This document shows positions 10,798 through 24,029 of a stretch of DNA of 64,000 nucleotides, piece by piece. The number at the start of each line of letters is the position of its first letter. The first letter of the stretch is position 1. A program made the position numbers and the translations under genes. Below the pieces are notes generated by a model, which worked only from the letters and a program-made list of their open reading frames with translations, searched no databases and was not told where the DNA came from. Origin of the DNA: the human T2T-CHM13v2.0 reference genome, Homo sapiens. The DNA is taken from assembly GCF_009914755.1 (NCBI RefSeq), contig NC_060939.1; one strand, 5' to 3'.

Positions 10798-12520
10798 AGA
10801 TTTTGTGTCTCATTCCCCACTTGTTGGTTCTATCTTGCCTAGTTTACAAGGCTTTGCCATATCACTGCATCTTACCTGTCATACTGCTGTATTTTATTTG
10901 GTTGAATTTTGATATTAAAATTATCAAGTGTAATTAAGACAATGTCTCCTTCTGGTGCACATTTTGGACAGGTTTGCTGGAATGTTCCCTATAAATTACA
11001 AACTCTATAGTTAGTATTGGGAAAAATATATCACTGGTAAGTACAGAAGATAATCTATATCATGAATAAAACAGTTACTGCATATTGGCATTCAGATTTG
11101 AAGTAGAATTAACCAGCTTAAATGTCGGTTAACCTGGTAGTCTCATCAACCATATCAATCATGACCATGGTTGTTAATAGTTTTAGCATGAAATGTACCT
11201 GGAATAAAACTGCAAATTATTAGATCTTGGTTTACTAAAGCTCAACTTTATAATCAGAAATCGAAATAATCACAAAGAAAATTTTTGAAAAGATAAGTGC
11301 TTTTGAATTGATAACACTTCAGGGGACTGTGAGGCATATGAGCAAAATTTCTATGGACAATATATTTAAGATATAGGAAATGGCTGCTAATTTTAGTAAA
11401 AAGAAAATTTAAAAAAGCATAAGGTCATTCAGTTCATAATGTAATCAGGTTAGCAATTTCATAGACAAGAAACGATTAACTCCTCAAATTTATTCTTTTG
11501 TATAAAACTTTCAGAAACATGGGTGAGTCTAATACTCCCTTGAAGCAAAGGTCACAGCAATTATTATCTTTCCCCATGCTTAATTTCCAACTTTGACTTT
11601 TACGTGTCAGGAAATGTGTAGAAAATACAGAGTTGTGAAATGAATAGTTTATAGCAGAAAATGTTTGTTCAAGAGAATAGCTATAAAGGCTAGAAAGAAC
11701 TAACTTCAACATTAGCATTTGTAAAAGATATGGAACATTTCAGAAATTCTGCCATTAAATATGAGTACACTTAGATGAATAATAGATGATTATGATCTAA
11801 TTGATCAATAATAGATGTTATTGATCTAATTGATCAATAATTAGCTGATTTAGATCAAGAATGCAAATATTTTGCATTCTTCATATGTTTATACTGATGT
11901 CTTTTATTACACAGCTCCTGAGCTATAAGGTGATTTGCAAAGGTGAAAATGAGACTATACCCAGACTGTCTTCCTACTCCAGAAATGTTAGCCATGTAGG
12001 TAAAGCTGACGTATTTAACATGCCTGTGAATAAAGGTATATTCTTCAACTATTATGGGGATTTCAGATAAAATACATACTGAAAATTTGTATTTTCAGTA
12101 TTCCATGTCATTAACTCTTTGGATCAGTAAGCTTTTGTTAGATTGTTTTTCTTTTTCTTTTTTTTCAAAATAAGAGATACGATTTGAAGAGTAATCATGA
12201 GTTTTTTAAATGCTATTCCTTATATTCAGTACTTCACAAGGAATGTAGAGAAAGTTTAAAAAGAAATTATATTTTAACTTCAATACGGTGGCATCAATAT
12301 CAGCTTTAGTGGCAGAAATACATTTCGGAGGACAACTTTCTGTTGTATTTCTCATGTTTCTTAATATCTTACAAGTAGAGTCACTGACAGTTTCTGTTCC
12401 AAACTATCTTTTCAAAGATATTTGTATAGAGAATAGCCTTGGAAGATAGAAACAGTTTCTCCTTCCAGAGAGCAAAGGGAAGAACTGTTTGCTATCCAGT
12501 ATAATAAAAATGTCTCCTTC

Positions 12521-15500
12521 AACATAAATGACCTGATGGAGCTGGAAAACACAGCACATAAACTTCTTGAAGCATACACAAGTATCAATATCTAATTGAC
12601 CAAGAAGAAGGAAGGATATCAGAGTTTGAAGATAATATTGCTTCAATAAGGCATGCAGACAAGATTAGAGAAAAAAGAATGAAAAGGAATGAACGAAGCC
12701 TCTGAAAATATGGGACTACATAAAAAGACCAAACCTACAATTGACTGGAGTCCCTGAAGGAGATGGGAGAATGGAAACAAGCTGGAAAACACACTTCAGT
12801 ATATTATCCAGGAGAAATTCCCCAATTTAGCAAGACAGACCAGCATGCAAATTGAGGAAATACAGAGAACACCACTAAGATACTCCATGAGAAGATCAAC
12901 CCCAGCACAATAATGATCAGATTCTCCAAGGCCTAAATGAAGGAAAAAAATGTAGCAGGCAAATAGAGAGAAAGGCCAGTTCACCTACAAAGGGAAACCC
13001 ATTAGACTAACAGTGAATCTCTCAGCAAACACCCCACAAACCAGAAGAGAGTGGGGCCAATATTCAACATTCTTAAATAAAAGAATTTTCAACCCAGAAT
13101 TTCATATCCAGCCAAACTAAGCTTCATAAGCAAAGTAGGAATAAAATCCTTTCCCAACAAGGAAATGCTGAGGGATTTTGTCACCACCAGGCCTGCCTTG
13201 CAACAGCTCCTGAAGGAATCACTGAATTTGGAAAGGAAAAACAGTACCAGCCACTGCAAAAACACACCAAAGTATAAAGACTAACGACATTATGAAGGAA
13301 CTGTATCAACTAGTGTGCAAAATTACCAGATGGCATCATGATGACAAGATCAAACTCACACATAAAAATACCAACCTTAAATGTAAATGGGCTAAATGCC
13401 CCAATTAAAAGACACAGACTGGCAAATTGGATAAAGAGTCAAGACCCATCAGTGTGCTGTATTCAGGAGACCCATCTCACATGCAAAGACACACATAGGC
13501 TTAAAATAAAGGGATGAAGGAAAATGTACCAAGCAAATAGAAAGCAAAAAACAGCAGGGGTTGCAATCCTAGTCTCTAACAAAACAGGCTTTAAACCAAC
13601 AAAGATGAAAAAAGACAAAGTAGGTCATTACATAATGGTAAAGGGATCAATTCAACAACAGCAGCTAAGTATCCTAAATATATATGCACCTAATACAGGA
13701 GCACCCAGATTCATAAAACAAGTTCTTAGAAACCTACAGAGACAGACTTCCACACAATAATAGTGGGAGGTTTTAACACCCCACTTTAAATATTAGATCA
13801 ATAAGACAGGAAATTAACAAGGATATTCAGGACTTGAACTCTGCTCTGGATCAAGTGGACCTAATAGACATCTACAGAACTCTCCACTCCAAATCAACAG
13901 AATATACATTCTTCTCAGTGCTACATGGCACTTATTCTAAGAGCAACCACATAATTGGAAGTAAAACACTCCTCAGCAAATGCAAAAGAACTGAATTCAT
14001 AATAATCAGTCTCTTAGACCTCAGTGTAATCAAATTAGAACTCATGATTAAGAAACTCACTCAAAACCACATGATTATATGGAAATTGAACAGCATATTC
14101 CCGAATGACTCCTGGGTAAATAATGAAACTAAGGGAGAAATCAAGAGAACATGTACCAGAATCTCTGGGACACAGGTAAAGCAGTGGTAAGAGGAAAATT
14201 TATAACCCTAAATGCTCACATCAGACAGCTAGAAAAATCTCAAATAGACATCCTAACATCACAATTAAAAGAGCTAGAGAAGCAAGAGCAAACTAATCCA
14301 AGAGCTAGCAGAAGACAAGAAATAACTAAGAACAGAGCAGAATTGAAGGAGATAGAGACACAAAAAACCCTTCAAAAAATCAGTGAATCCAGGAGCTGTT
14401 TTTTTTTGAAAAAATTAACAAAATAGATAGACTACTAGCTAGACTAATAAAGATGAAAAGAGAGAAGAATTAAATAGACCAATATGATAAAGGGGATATA
14501 ACCATTGACCCTGCAGAAATACAAACTACCATCAGAGAAAACTAGGAACGCCTCTATGCAAATAAACTAGAAATTCTAGAAGAAATGGATAAATTCTGGA
14601 ACATATACACTCTCCCAAGACTAAAGCAGGAGGAAGTCAAATCCCTGAATAGACCAATAACAAGCTCTGAAATTGAGGTAGTAATTAACAGCCTACCAAC
14701 CAAGAAAAGCCCAGGATGATAGATTCACAGCTGAATTCTACTGGAGGTACAAAGAGGAGCTGGTACCAATCCTTCTGAAACTATTTCAAACAAGTAAAAA
14801 GGATGGAGTCCTCCCTAAATCATTTTCTGAAGGCAGCATCATCCTGATACCAAAACCTGGCAGAGACACAGCAAAAAGAGAAAACTTCAGGCCAATATCC
14901 CTAATGAACATCAATGTGAAAATCCTCTACAAAATACTGGCAAAACGAATCCAGCAGCACATCAAAAAACTTATCCACCACGATCAAGCTGGCTTCATCC
15001 CTGGGATGCAATGCTGGTTCAACATATGCAAATCAGTAAACATAACCCATCACATTAACAGAACCAAAGACAAAAACTACATGATTATCTCAATAGATGC
15101 AGAAAAGGCCTTTGATATAATTCAACATCCCTTCATGTTAAAGTTAAAAACTCTCAATTAACTAGTCATTGATGGAACATATCGCAAAATAATAAGAGCT
15201 ATTTATGACAAACCCACAGCCAATATCGTATTGAATGGGCAAAAGCTAGGAACATTCCTTTTGAAAACCAGTACAAAACAAGGGTGCCCTCTCTTACTAC
15301 TCCTATTCAACATAGTATTGGAAGTTCTGGCCAGGTCAATCAGGCAAGGGAAAGAAATAAATCGTATTCAAATAAGAAGAGAGGAAGTCAAATTATCTCT
15401 TTTGAAAACGACATTATTGTATACTTAGAAAACCCTATCCTCTCAGCCCCAAAATTCCTTAAGCTGATAAGCGACTTCAGCAAAGTCTCAGCATACATAA

Positions 15501-17280
15501 TGTGTAAAAATCACAATCATTCTTTTACACCAACAATAGACAAGCGGAGAGCCAAATCATGAAAGAACTCCCATTCACAATTGCTACGAAGAGAATCAAA
15601 TATCTAGGAATACAGCAAACAAGAGATGTGAAGGACCTTTTCAAGGAGAACTACAAACCACTGCTCAAAGAAATGAGAGAGGACACAAACAAACGGGAAA
15701 ACACTTCATCCTCATGGATAGGAAGAATCAATATTGTGAAAATGGTCATACTGCCCAAAGTAATTTATAGATTCAATGCTATTCTCATCAAACTACCACT
15801 GACATTCTTCACAAAATTAGAAAAAACTACTTTAAATTTCATATGGAATCAAAGAAGACCCTGTATAGCCAAGACAATCCTAAGCAAAAAGAACATAGCT
15901 GGAGACATCATACTACCTGACTTCAAACTATACTTCAAGGCTACAGTAACCAAAACAACATGGTACTGATACTAAAACAGACATATAAACCAATGGAACA
16001 GAACAGAGGCCTCAGAAATATCACCACACATCCACAACCATCTGATCTTCAACAAACCTGACAAAAACAAGCAATGGGGAAAGGATCTTTTATTCAATAA
16101 ATGGTGCTGGGAAAACTGGCTATCCATATGCAGAAAACTGAAACTGGACCCCTTCCTTATACCTTATACAATAATTAACTCAAGATGGATTAAAGACTGA
16201 AATGTAAAATCCAAAATTATAACATTCAGGACATAGACATGGGCAAAGACTGCATGATGAAAACATCAAAAGCAATTGCAAGAAAAGCCAAAATAGACAA
16301 ATGGGATCTAATTAAACTAAAGAGACTCTGCACAGCAAAAGAAACTATCATGAAAGTGAACAGGTAACCTACAGAATAGGAGAAAATTTTTGCAATCTAC
16401 CCATCTGACAAAGGTCTAATATCCAGAATTTACAAGGAACTTAAACAAATTTACAAGAAAAAAATAAACAACCACACCAAAAAGAAGGCAAAGGATATGA
16501 AAAGACACTTCTCAAAAGAAGACATTTATGCAGCCAACAGACATGAAAAAAAGCTCAACATCACTGATCATTAGAGAAATGCAAATCAAAACCACAAGGA
16601 GATACCATCTCATGCCAGTCAGAATGGCAATTATGAAAAAGTCAAGAAACTATACTTGCTGGCGAGGCTTTGGAGAAATGGGACCACTTCACTGTTGGTG
16701 GGATTGTAAATTAGTTCAACCATTGTGGAAGACAGTATGGAGATTCCTCAAGGATCTAGAACCAGAAATACCATTTAAACCAGCAATCCCATTACTGGGT
16801 ATGTACCCAAACAAACATAAATTATTCTACTATAAAGACACATGCACACATATGTTTATTGCAGCACTACATACAATAGCAAAGACATAGAACCAACCCA
16901 AATGCCAATCAATGGTAGATTGGATAAAGAAAATGTGGCAAATATACACTATGGAATACTATGCTGCCATAAAAAAGATGAGATCATGTCCTTTGCAGGG
17001 GCATGGATGAAGCTGGAAGCCATCATCCTCAGCAAACCAACAGAAAACCAAACTCCACATGTTCTCACTCATAGGTGGGAGTTGAACAATGAGAACACAT
17101 GGACACAGAGAGGGGAACAACACACACCAGGACCTGTTGGGAGGTTGGAGGTGAGGGGAGGGAACTTAGAGTACAGGTCAATAGCTGCAGCAAACCACCA
17201 TGGCACATGCATACCTATTTAACAAACCTGCATGTTCTGCACATGTATCCTGGAACTCAAAATATTATTATTATTTTGTT
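12521..17280 (+). mobile_element. 5'-truncated L1PA8-L1PA10-like LINE-1 (about 4.76 kb; 3' part of ORF1, ORF2, 3'UTR)
   Basis: Successive ORF fragments match L1 EN (LNIYAPNTGAPRFIKQVL), RT ([16 protein letters not shown]) and C-terminus ([14 protein letters not shown]); 3'UTR gggaacttagag..ggtcaatag.tgcagcaaaccaccatggcac. Confidence 0.95.
13338..17065 (+). pseudogene. disabled L1 ORF2 (endonuclease/reverse transcriptase) relic
   Basis: Begins atgatgacaagatcaaactcacacata; broken into ORFs of 65-136 aa by stops and frameshifts; internal deletions near 14145 and 16220. Confidence 0.9.
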
Positions 17281-17294
17281 TAAAGAGGTCTCCT

Positions 17295-17630
<336 letters not shown>

Positions 17631-18269
17631 TTACTTAGCACCCTCTTATAAATTATGAGGATTTTCTAAGCTCACTCAGAATTCCTCAGCCGTGATGCAC
17701 AATACTGTGTGTATAGCATCCTTCTGGCCCTGTGTTCCCATTATCACCTGGGAATTTTGGGAGACTACTGAAACTGACATAAACAAGAATTTCATAGTGA
17801 CTGCTTGGTTGTAAGTCATAAAGTCTTACATCTTTTGCCAGCATTTGTAAAACTAAGGCAATTTTCTTTTATTTAAAAAGCACACATGCACTATAAAAAG
17901 CTTAGGCCCGATACAGTTGAGTTCTTCATAAATGTCTAATAGCAGCAGAAGTGTGGTAGCTACAGCAGTAGCAATGGTAAGCAGCAACACAGAAAGACAG
18001 AAAGTCTCTTGTAATTTACAAAGCCCCTCCAGTTTTCAAACTATGGAAGTGACATATTTTCAAATGTACAAAGGTCATTTTCAAAGACTAAGTCAGCTCC
18101 TGGCACAGCTTTGCTGGTCATTTTCCTGCAGCTTTGGCTGTGTCCCCTTCTTCACTTTAATAGCCTTTATTTTTGTATACTTTCTTATTTATTAAAAACT
18201 CCAGCTGAGTTTATTCTTTTCAAATAATCGAATCATAGATGAATTGATTCTTAGTGTCCAAGCCAAAAG

Positions 18270-19250
18270 TAGAGAAAAATTTCCAAAACAATAAAAGACA
18301 AAAATGGTAATAAATAATAATTAATCTGATGGAAGTCAGGAAGGGAGAAAAGGAAAATAAGAAAATAATTCATTAAAATATAGAGAAAATATTAGATAAA
18401 ACTTAAAAATCAAGATATATTAATATCAGTAATAACAATTGGTAAAAGCAAATTAGGCATATTATTATTAAAATGTTATTAATTTTGTCTTCTATTTCCT
18501 TCCTTTTAGTGTTTATTTACTATTAATTTTTATGTTGTTCCTAAGAATTAAGCATTTAGCTTAATTCACATTCTTTCTTAGTTTCTAACATATACATTTC
18601 AGACTATATATTCTCCTCTAAATACCGGTTTTAGCACCATGACACAAACTTTAATAAGTGGAATTTTCATTGTGCATTTGATCCTGTATAGATTTCAATG
18701 TTAATCATTATTTCTTGACTGACCCCATAATTGTAGTGTGAGAATATAGTCTTCTATTAACAGATTTTTCTTTTTGTGTATTTGTTAAGTCCGGCTTCAA
18801 ATCCACTCTTGCTTATTTTATTTCTCAATTGTCTACCCAATTTTTAGCTCTGAAAAGAAGGTATTAAAAATATTGCAACATGGTTGTGTATTTGTCCCTT
18901 TTTACTTGAAATTTTGTCAATATTTTTGATAATTTTTGATGCCAATTTTATGGATGTACAAAGACTCAAGTTATTTATGACATTCTAGAAAATTGGTTCT
19001 TTTTTCACTATTTAATGATGCTATGTATAAATAGTGATGACTTTTGCCTTAAAGTCTATTTAACATTTACATATTAGCTTTATTTTGGTTAATACATAAT
19101 TTTACTTATGCTATTAAAACTAGCATATAGTCATTTTTTAATTTAAAAAAATTAAAGGAAAACCTACCATATGAAAAAATGAGAATTTAGTAAAGTGGTG
19201 AGTTATAAAATAATCCATAAAAAATCTTCATAAATAGTGCTTTCATTAAA
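18270..19250. mobile_element. very degraded L1M fragments (mainly minus strand 18480-19100)
   Basis: AT-rich; ttttgccttaaagtctattt and gtattaaaa..ttgca.catggttgtg.atttgtc resemble reverse L1M ORF2. Confidence 0.5.
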
Positions 19251-22200
19251 CTGTTTTCTAATTACCTCATCTAAATGTACCATGTTTCCTCTAGAAGACT
19301 GATTGGTACAGGTATCAATACAGGCGTCAATTCAGCTAATGTGATGACATATGGTCACACAGCAATTAAATAGCCTACACAGGTTCCATACACATGAGGA
19401 CAGGCCTCCAAAGGCCTGTGATCCCTTAAACACATTGCCCCATTTCCAAATGTCCAAGAAATGGAAATATTTAATGTAGGCAGTCAAACAAATGTTCAGG
19501 CCATGGAGAAACTCCAAAATCGTTTAATAATAATACATTTTTCATTTAAAGTTTCCCAGGCCAAAGTGGTGAATATTTTCAGTGATTCCTTGGAATTTCT
19601 GCATAACATTTTTTTTTTTTTTTTTACTTCTGAATTAGAAACGTCATACTCAGCAGCTTTGACAGGTAGTACTCAGAAATGGTGAAGAAAGTTCATGTTA
19701 GGGATTTTAAAAAATTCAGGAGTTTTGACAAGGAATTAAAGAGGAGGCAGCACTTTTCAGCACTTGTGGACAATGTGGGAGAAAAAGTGGAATATGCCGG
19801 ACTTAGCAGGGGCTGGGGAGTTAGGGTCATATACTCCTTCTTTGTGCACTGTGAATGACATGGCATTTAAGCTGAGACATAATAGGTTATGAGATAAGGA
19901 TGGACAGGAAACAGATGCTATAAATAACTGGAGGCTTCAGATAGCATGGCACGAGTGCTCCTTGCACACACAGAGGCGCGTGTGTATACATAGGCCCATG
20001 CCCCAAATCCTTAAATATATAGCAGAAGCACTGTAAAAAGTTGATGAGGAACCAAAATAATGTTCAGCTTTGCTAACTGTGCTCTGACATGGAGGAAATC
20101 ACTGTGTACTGAGGAGGGTTCTTGCCCTCCCAACCTTCAGTGACTGAACTTTCTTTCCCCTTTGCTAAAGCTGTAACGATGCTAACACATGGCACTCAAA
20201 ACTTTTTTCCTGTTAAATGTATCTATGATTTATCTGTAAGGCCGGGGCTTTTGGGGAGACAGCCTCTACACTCAAAGCGTACCTGTAATGAGTTTGAATG
20301 ATCAGGCTGCCATTTTCAAAAGCCCAACCTCTAGCATTTAACTATTCCATAGACCTCTGGAAGAAGTGGCAACAGAGGGCTTCACTGCTAAACTGTTCTA
20401 GGGAAACTTCTCATTGCTTACAATGCACAATGTGGAAACCTCTTAGACTGGATGAGTCATCTCAGGTAGGCGCTTTGCAAATCAGCCTGGTGTATTTTCT
20501 CACTTGGAGCCCAGGCTGTCAAACCCCACAGTGGTGTCACGCAAGGTGAACAATGTGGTAACCTGTTAATTTGCTGGATATAATGACAGCAATAATCTGA
20601 TCAGGTTTGCCAAACTGTCTCCTTTCTAAGTGGACAGTGGACGCTCCTGTTAAGATTGTGTCACATTGAGACAAGTGTGTGATTACTGTATCCAGTTACG
20701 GCACTTAGGTAACTTGAGACATCCCACTGTTATGCGAGTAACCCCCATTTACCATCCTTTGCATCCCTGGCTGTGATTGACATATTGATGTGCTTGAACC
20801 TGTCTCCAGGCCCCTTATTTCCCTTTGAGACTACCTCAATCACAGATACCTTCAGCTATACTCAAGTGCATTTATCAATATGTTAACCCCTCTCTGAAGA
20901 TATTCCAACAGGAGTTATTTCTAGCCTATACTGAGAAAGCTACTTGACCACTCCAACTAAGGAGAAGAAAGGCAAACATACTAGGGTTGTAGAAGATGCA
21001 TCTTTAGACTTTTATGATACAGCAGGAATTGAATCTTTGTTTTCTTTTAGTACACAGGGCAATTTTCTTCCAAGGTATTAGACATGCCATACAGACCTCC
21101 TTGATACCTAAACCTGAGTCAAAAAGAGAATTTGAGAATATGAAGACAGTAAAATCATTTCGGTTTAGGTAGATTTATTTTGACAATTGTTCGTATGCAA
21201 ACTTGTTCAAATAGTTACTATGTTCAGTAGATACAGTTTGGGAAATGTCATTTGAATGATCCATGAAAGTACATCAAGATTGCAAAGAAGTTGTCATGAG
21301 ATTTTTTTCCCCAATCAACTATTTTTGTCAAAAAACATCACACAATTATTCAAACATATTATTCAAACATACTTAGTATCACAGCTGTATTACTTCAGCT
21401 TTACTTAAATTAAGGCCCACTTTAATATCCTGTTTACTATCTTCTTTCTTTGGTTTGTTTTTATGGGGAGGAAAAAAATGTTTAATCATAACAGGTGGAA
21501 CAAACATTGGTAAAACAAAACAAATTTTCTAAAATTTATATTTCAAATATCTTGTGAGATAAATAACAAAAAGGCTGCTAAAATAACTGGTTGATGGAAA
21601 TAAGAAAGCTAGATAGATGCTGGCCCTAGAGGGGAATGAGCTAAAAGACTAGATATAAACAGAGATCCCAATGTGTGAAAATAAAAATATAAAGAGGGAG
21701 GATCTGCAAATTTTAGAAGTTAGTATGATGTCACTGGTCAGAAAAATTCTGGAAGTAATTATTATATGAGAAGCAATGATCATATAATTATGGACCCACC
21801 ATAAGTTCCAAAGAAGTGAGCCATGTGAGGAAACTTTATTTATTTGATAGAATATTCTTCAGTACCTCTTTTCTATCCTTTTGCTTTCTCCCCCTTTCTG
21901 CCACTGATTCATTCTTCACTCTGCACATTGAATTTTCATTCTAGCTCATTTTCCAAATCTGAGCATGGGTCTTGACATCTTTCAATGGCTCTTTCATGCT
22001 TTATGACTAAATGTCCAAACCGCTTTTTGTGGCATACACAGTCCTCTGTGATTTGTCCATTTCCATAACTTCTGCCTCCCATAACCCTAAACAATTACCT
22101 CTGTCACACATTACTTATTGTTAAATTCCCATGTATCTTTCAATGCCTGGCTTGAATATTACTCATGCAAATTTCCTCTGACTCTTGCCTCCCCTTTCTC

Positions 22201-22594
22201 CACTACAAGATAGAGTCAGATATTCCCACATCTTGGGGCAAAATAAAATGTGCACTTACCTCTATGAAGCAATACAGGGAGAGTGATACTTGTCGCCTTC
22301 CAAAACATCAATTTGAACAACTATCCACACATGACAATATTTTCACAAGGGCTAAAGAATCCAGGTAAGAGATTATAGCACCTGGGGATAGCACAGAAAT
22401 AAGAAAAGATGCATTAAAGAGGGTAGGAAGGATAGTTTTGTATTGCCTTCATCACCCCAGCCCCAAGCCTACACAGTACAGCATGGAGAGAGATATCCTC
22501 CATGTGGGGGAAGGAGAACGAAGTGAGCACCTGACTTTGCTACAAACCCCAGCTCCAGGTCATCCCAGTGAAACCTGGTACCAGATCTATAATA

Positions 22595-22745
22595 GCAGAC
22601 CCAGGGTCCAGGCCCATCTAGTGCCAGGCTAGTCCCTGAAGACCAAGGTCTAGGATGGCCTCAACAGACCCAGGATCCAGGCCTGCCACTGAAGTCCAGG
22701 CTCTAGCTGTGCCACCCACTGACCCAGGCATCAGGCTGGACCTTT
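22595..22745 (+). repeat. degenerate ~30-bp tandem units (gacccagg.tccaggc) in the L1M 5' region
   Basis: Five variants: gacccagggtccaggcc, gaccaaggtctagg, gacccaggatccaggcc, gtccaggctctagc, gacccaggcatcaggc. Confidence 0.6.
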
Positions 22746-22884
22746 TGAGGACTCCAGCAGCAAAGCTGCTCACCCAGAACCTTTCCCAGACAAATAAGAG
22801 CTATGTGAGTTCATTATTACTAGACTTGCCCTACAAGAAATGCTAAAGGGAGTTCTTCAAGTTGAAATAAAAACAATAGCAAAC

Positions 22885-23195
22885 GCCGGGCACGGTGGCT
22901 CACGCCTGTCATCCCAGCAATTTGGGAGGCTGAGGCGGGCGGATCACGAGGTCAGGAGATCGAGACCATCCTGGCTAACACGGTGAAACCCTGTCTCTAC
23001 TAAAAATACAAAAAAATTAGCCTGGCATGGTGGTGGGCGCCTGTAGTCCCACCTACTCAGGAGGCTGAGGCAGGAGAATGGTGTGAACTCGGGAGGCAGA
23101 GCTTGCAGTGAGCCGAGATCATGCCACTGCACTCCAGCCTGGGCAACACAGTGAGACTCTGTCTCAAAAAAAAAAAAAAAAGAAAAAAGAAAAAC
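22885..23195 (+). mobile_element. AluY-like
   Basis: gagatcgagaccatcctggctaacacggtg and gagaatgg.gtgaac..gagcttgcagtgagccgagatc diagnostics. Confidence 0.93.
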
Positions 23196-23313
23196 AAATG
23201 AAAGTATAAAAGTCACTGAAGTGTAAAAATATCAACTACAAAATACTCTAATACTGTATGGTAGTGTGTAAGCCACTTTTAACTGTAGTATAAAAGTTAA
23301 AAAAATTAAAAGT

Positions 23314-23478
23314 GGTGGAGGGGAGAGCATCAGGAAAAATAGCTAATGCATGCTGGGCTTAATACTTAGGTGATGGGTTGATAGGTGCAGCAAACCACCA
23401 TGGCACATATTTACCTATGTAACAAACCTGCACATCCTGCACATGTACCCCAGAACTTAAAATAAAATAAACACAAAA
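23314..23478 (+). mobile_element. L1PA13-16-like extreme 3' fragment
   Basis: gagagcatcaggaaaaatagctaatgcatgctgggcttaatac.taggtgatgggttgataggtgcagcaaaccaccatggcac + A-rich tail. Confidence 0.9.
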
Positions 23479-23859
23479 GACCTGGCTTTGGTAGGTATAT
23501 CAAGAACTCTAGGGAATGAGGTGATGTATTGATACCTTGAGGATTTTCAGCATTAGGAACCTAGGAAGAGTATTCCCTTGACACAAACAGCAGTATTCTC
23601 ACAGAGTGGGAACATCACCAGCTGTGGTAGGGTGTAGACACCAACCTGCAGTGGTTTTGTGGGAAACACATTTCCACAAGAGTACTGAAGAGGAAGAAGT
23701 TCAGATGACAAGTGATGAGCTTATGTGAGACTCCAACCAAGACTCAAAAAATAAATAACTGGATGTGTGTTTAAGAGTCTAGGGGGATGCTGGAGGTCTT
23801 TGCTGTACATAAAAGGGCAGAGCCAGTACAATTTGAGCTAATTAGATAACGCATAGTGG

Positions 23860-24029
23860 AGCAAAGACAAACTTACCCAGCTGAGGCCACTTGAGACCAA
23901 CAGCCTCGCCACTATCAGTAAGTGAAGGCATCCTGGACCATTCAGTCTCCACAGCAGAACTTGACCAGAAAAAAGTAACTGCCAGCTGGCACACAGAATC
24001 ATGAGAAATAATAAATATTTGTTATTTCC
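23860..24029 (+). mobile_element. MLT1 (F/G/H-like) LTR 3' portion truncated just after its poly(A) signal
   Basis: ccagctgaggcc..agtgaaggcatcctggaccattcag..cacagaatcatgagaaataataaatatttgtt. Confidence 0.65.

Noticed and set aside
13524-16890. ORFs with endonuclease and reverse-transcriptase motifs as an active retroelement or novel RT system
   Set aside because: Fragments of one 5'-truncated L1 ORF2 with many stops, frameshifts and deletions.
21347-21372. Short tandem duplication ttattcaaacata x2 (also the ccttctaggta direct repeat at about 28818 and 28898)
   Set aside because: Ordinary slippage-scale duplications with no further structure.
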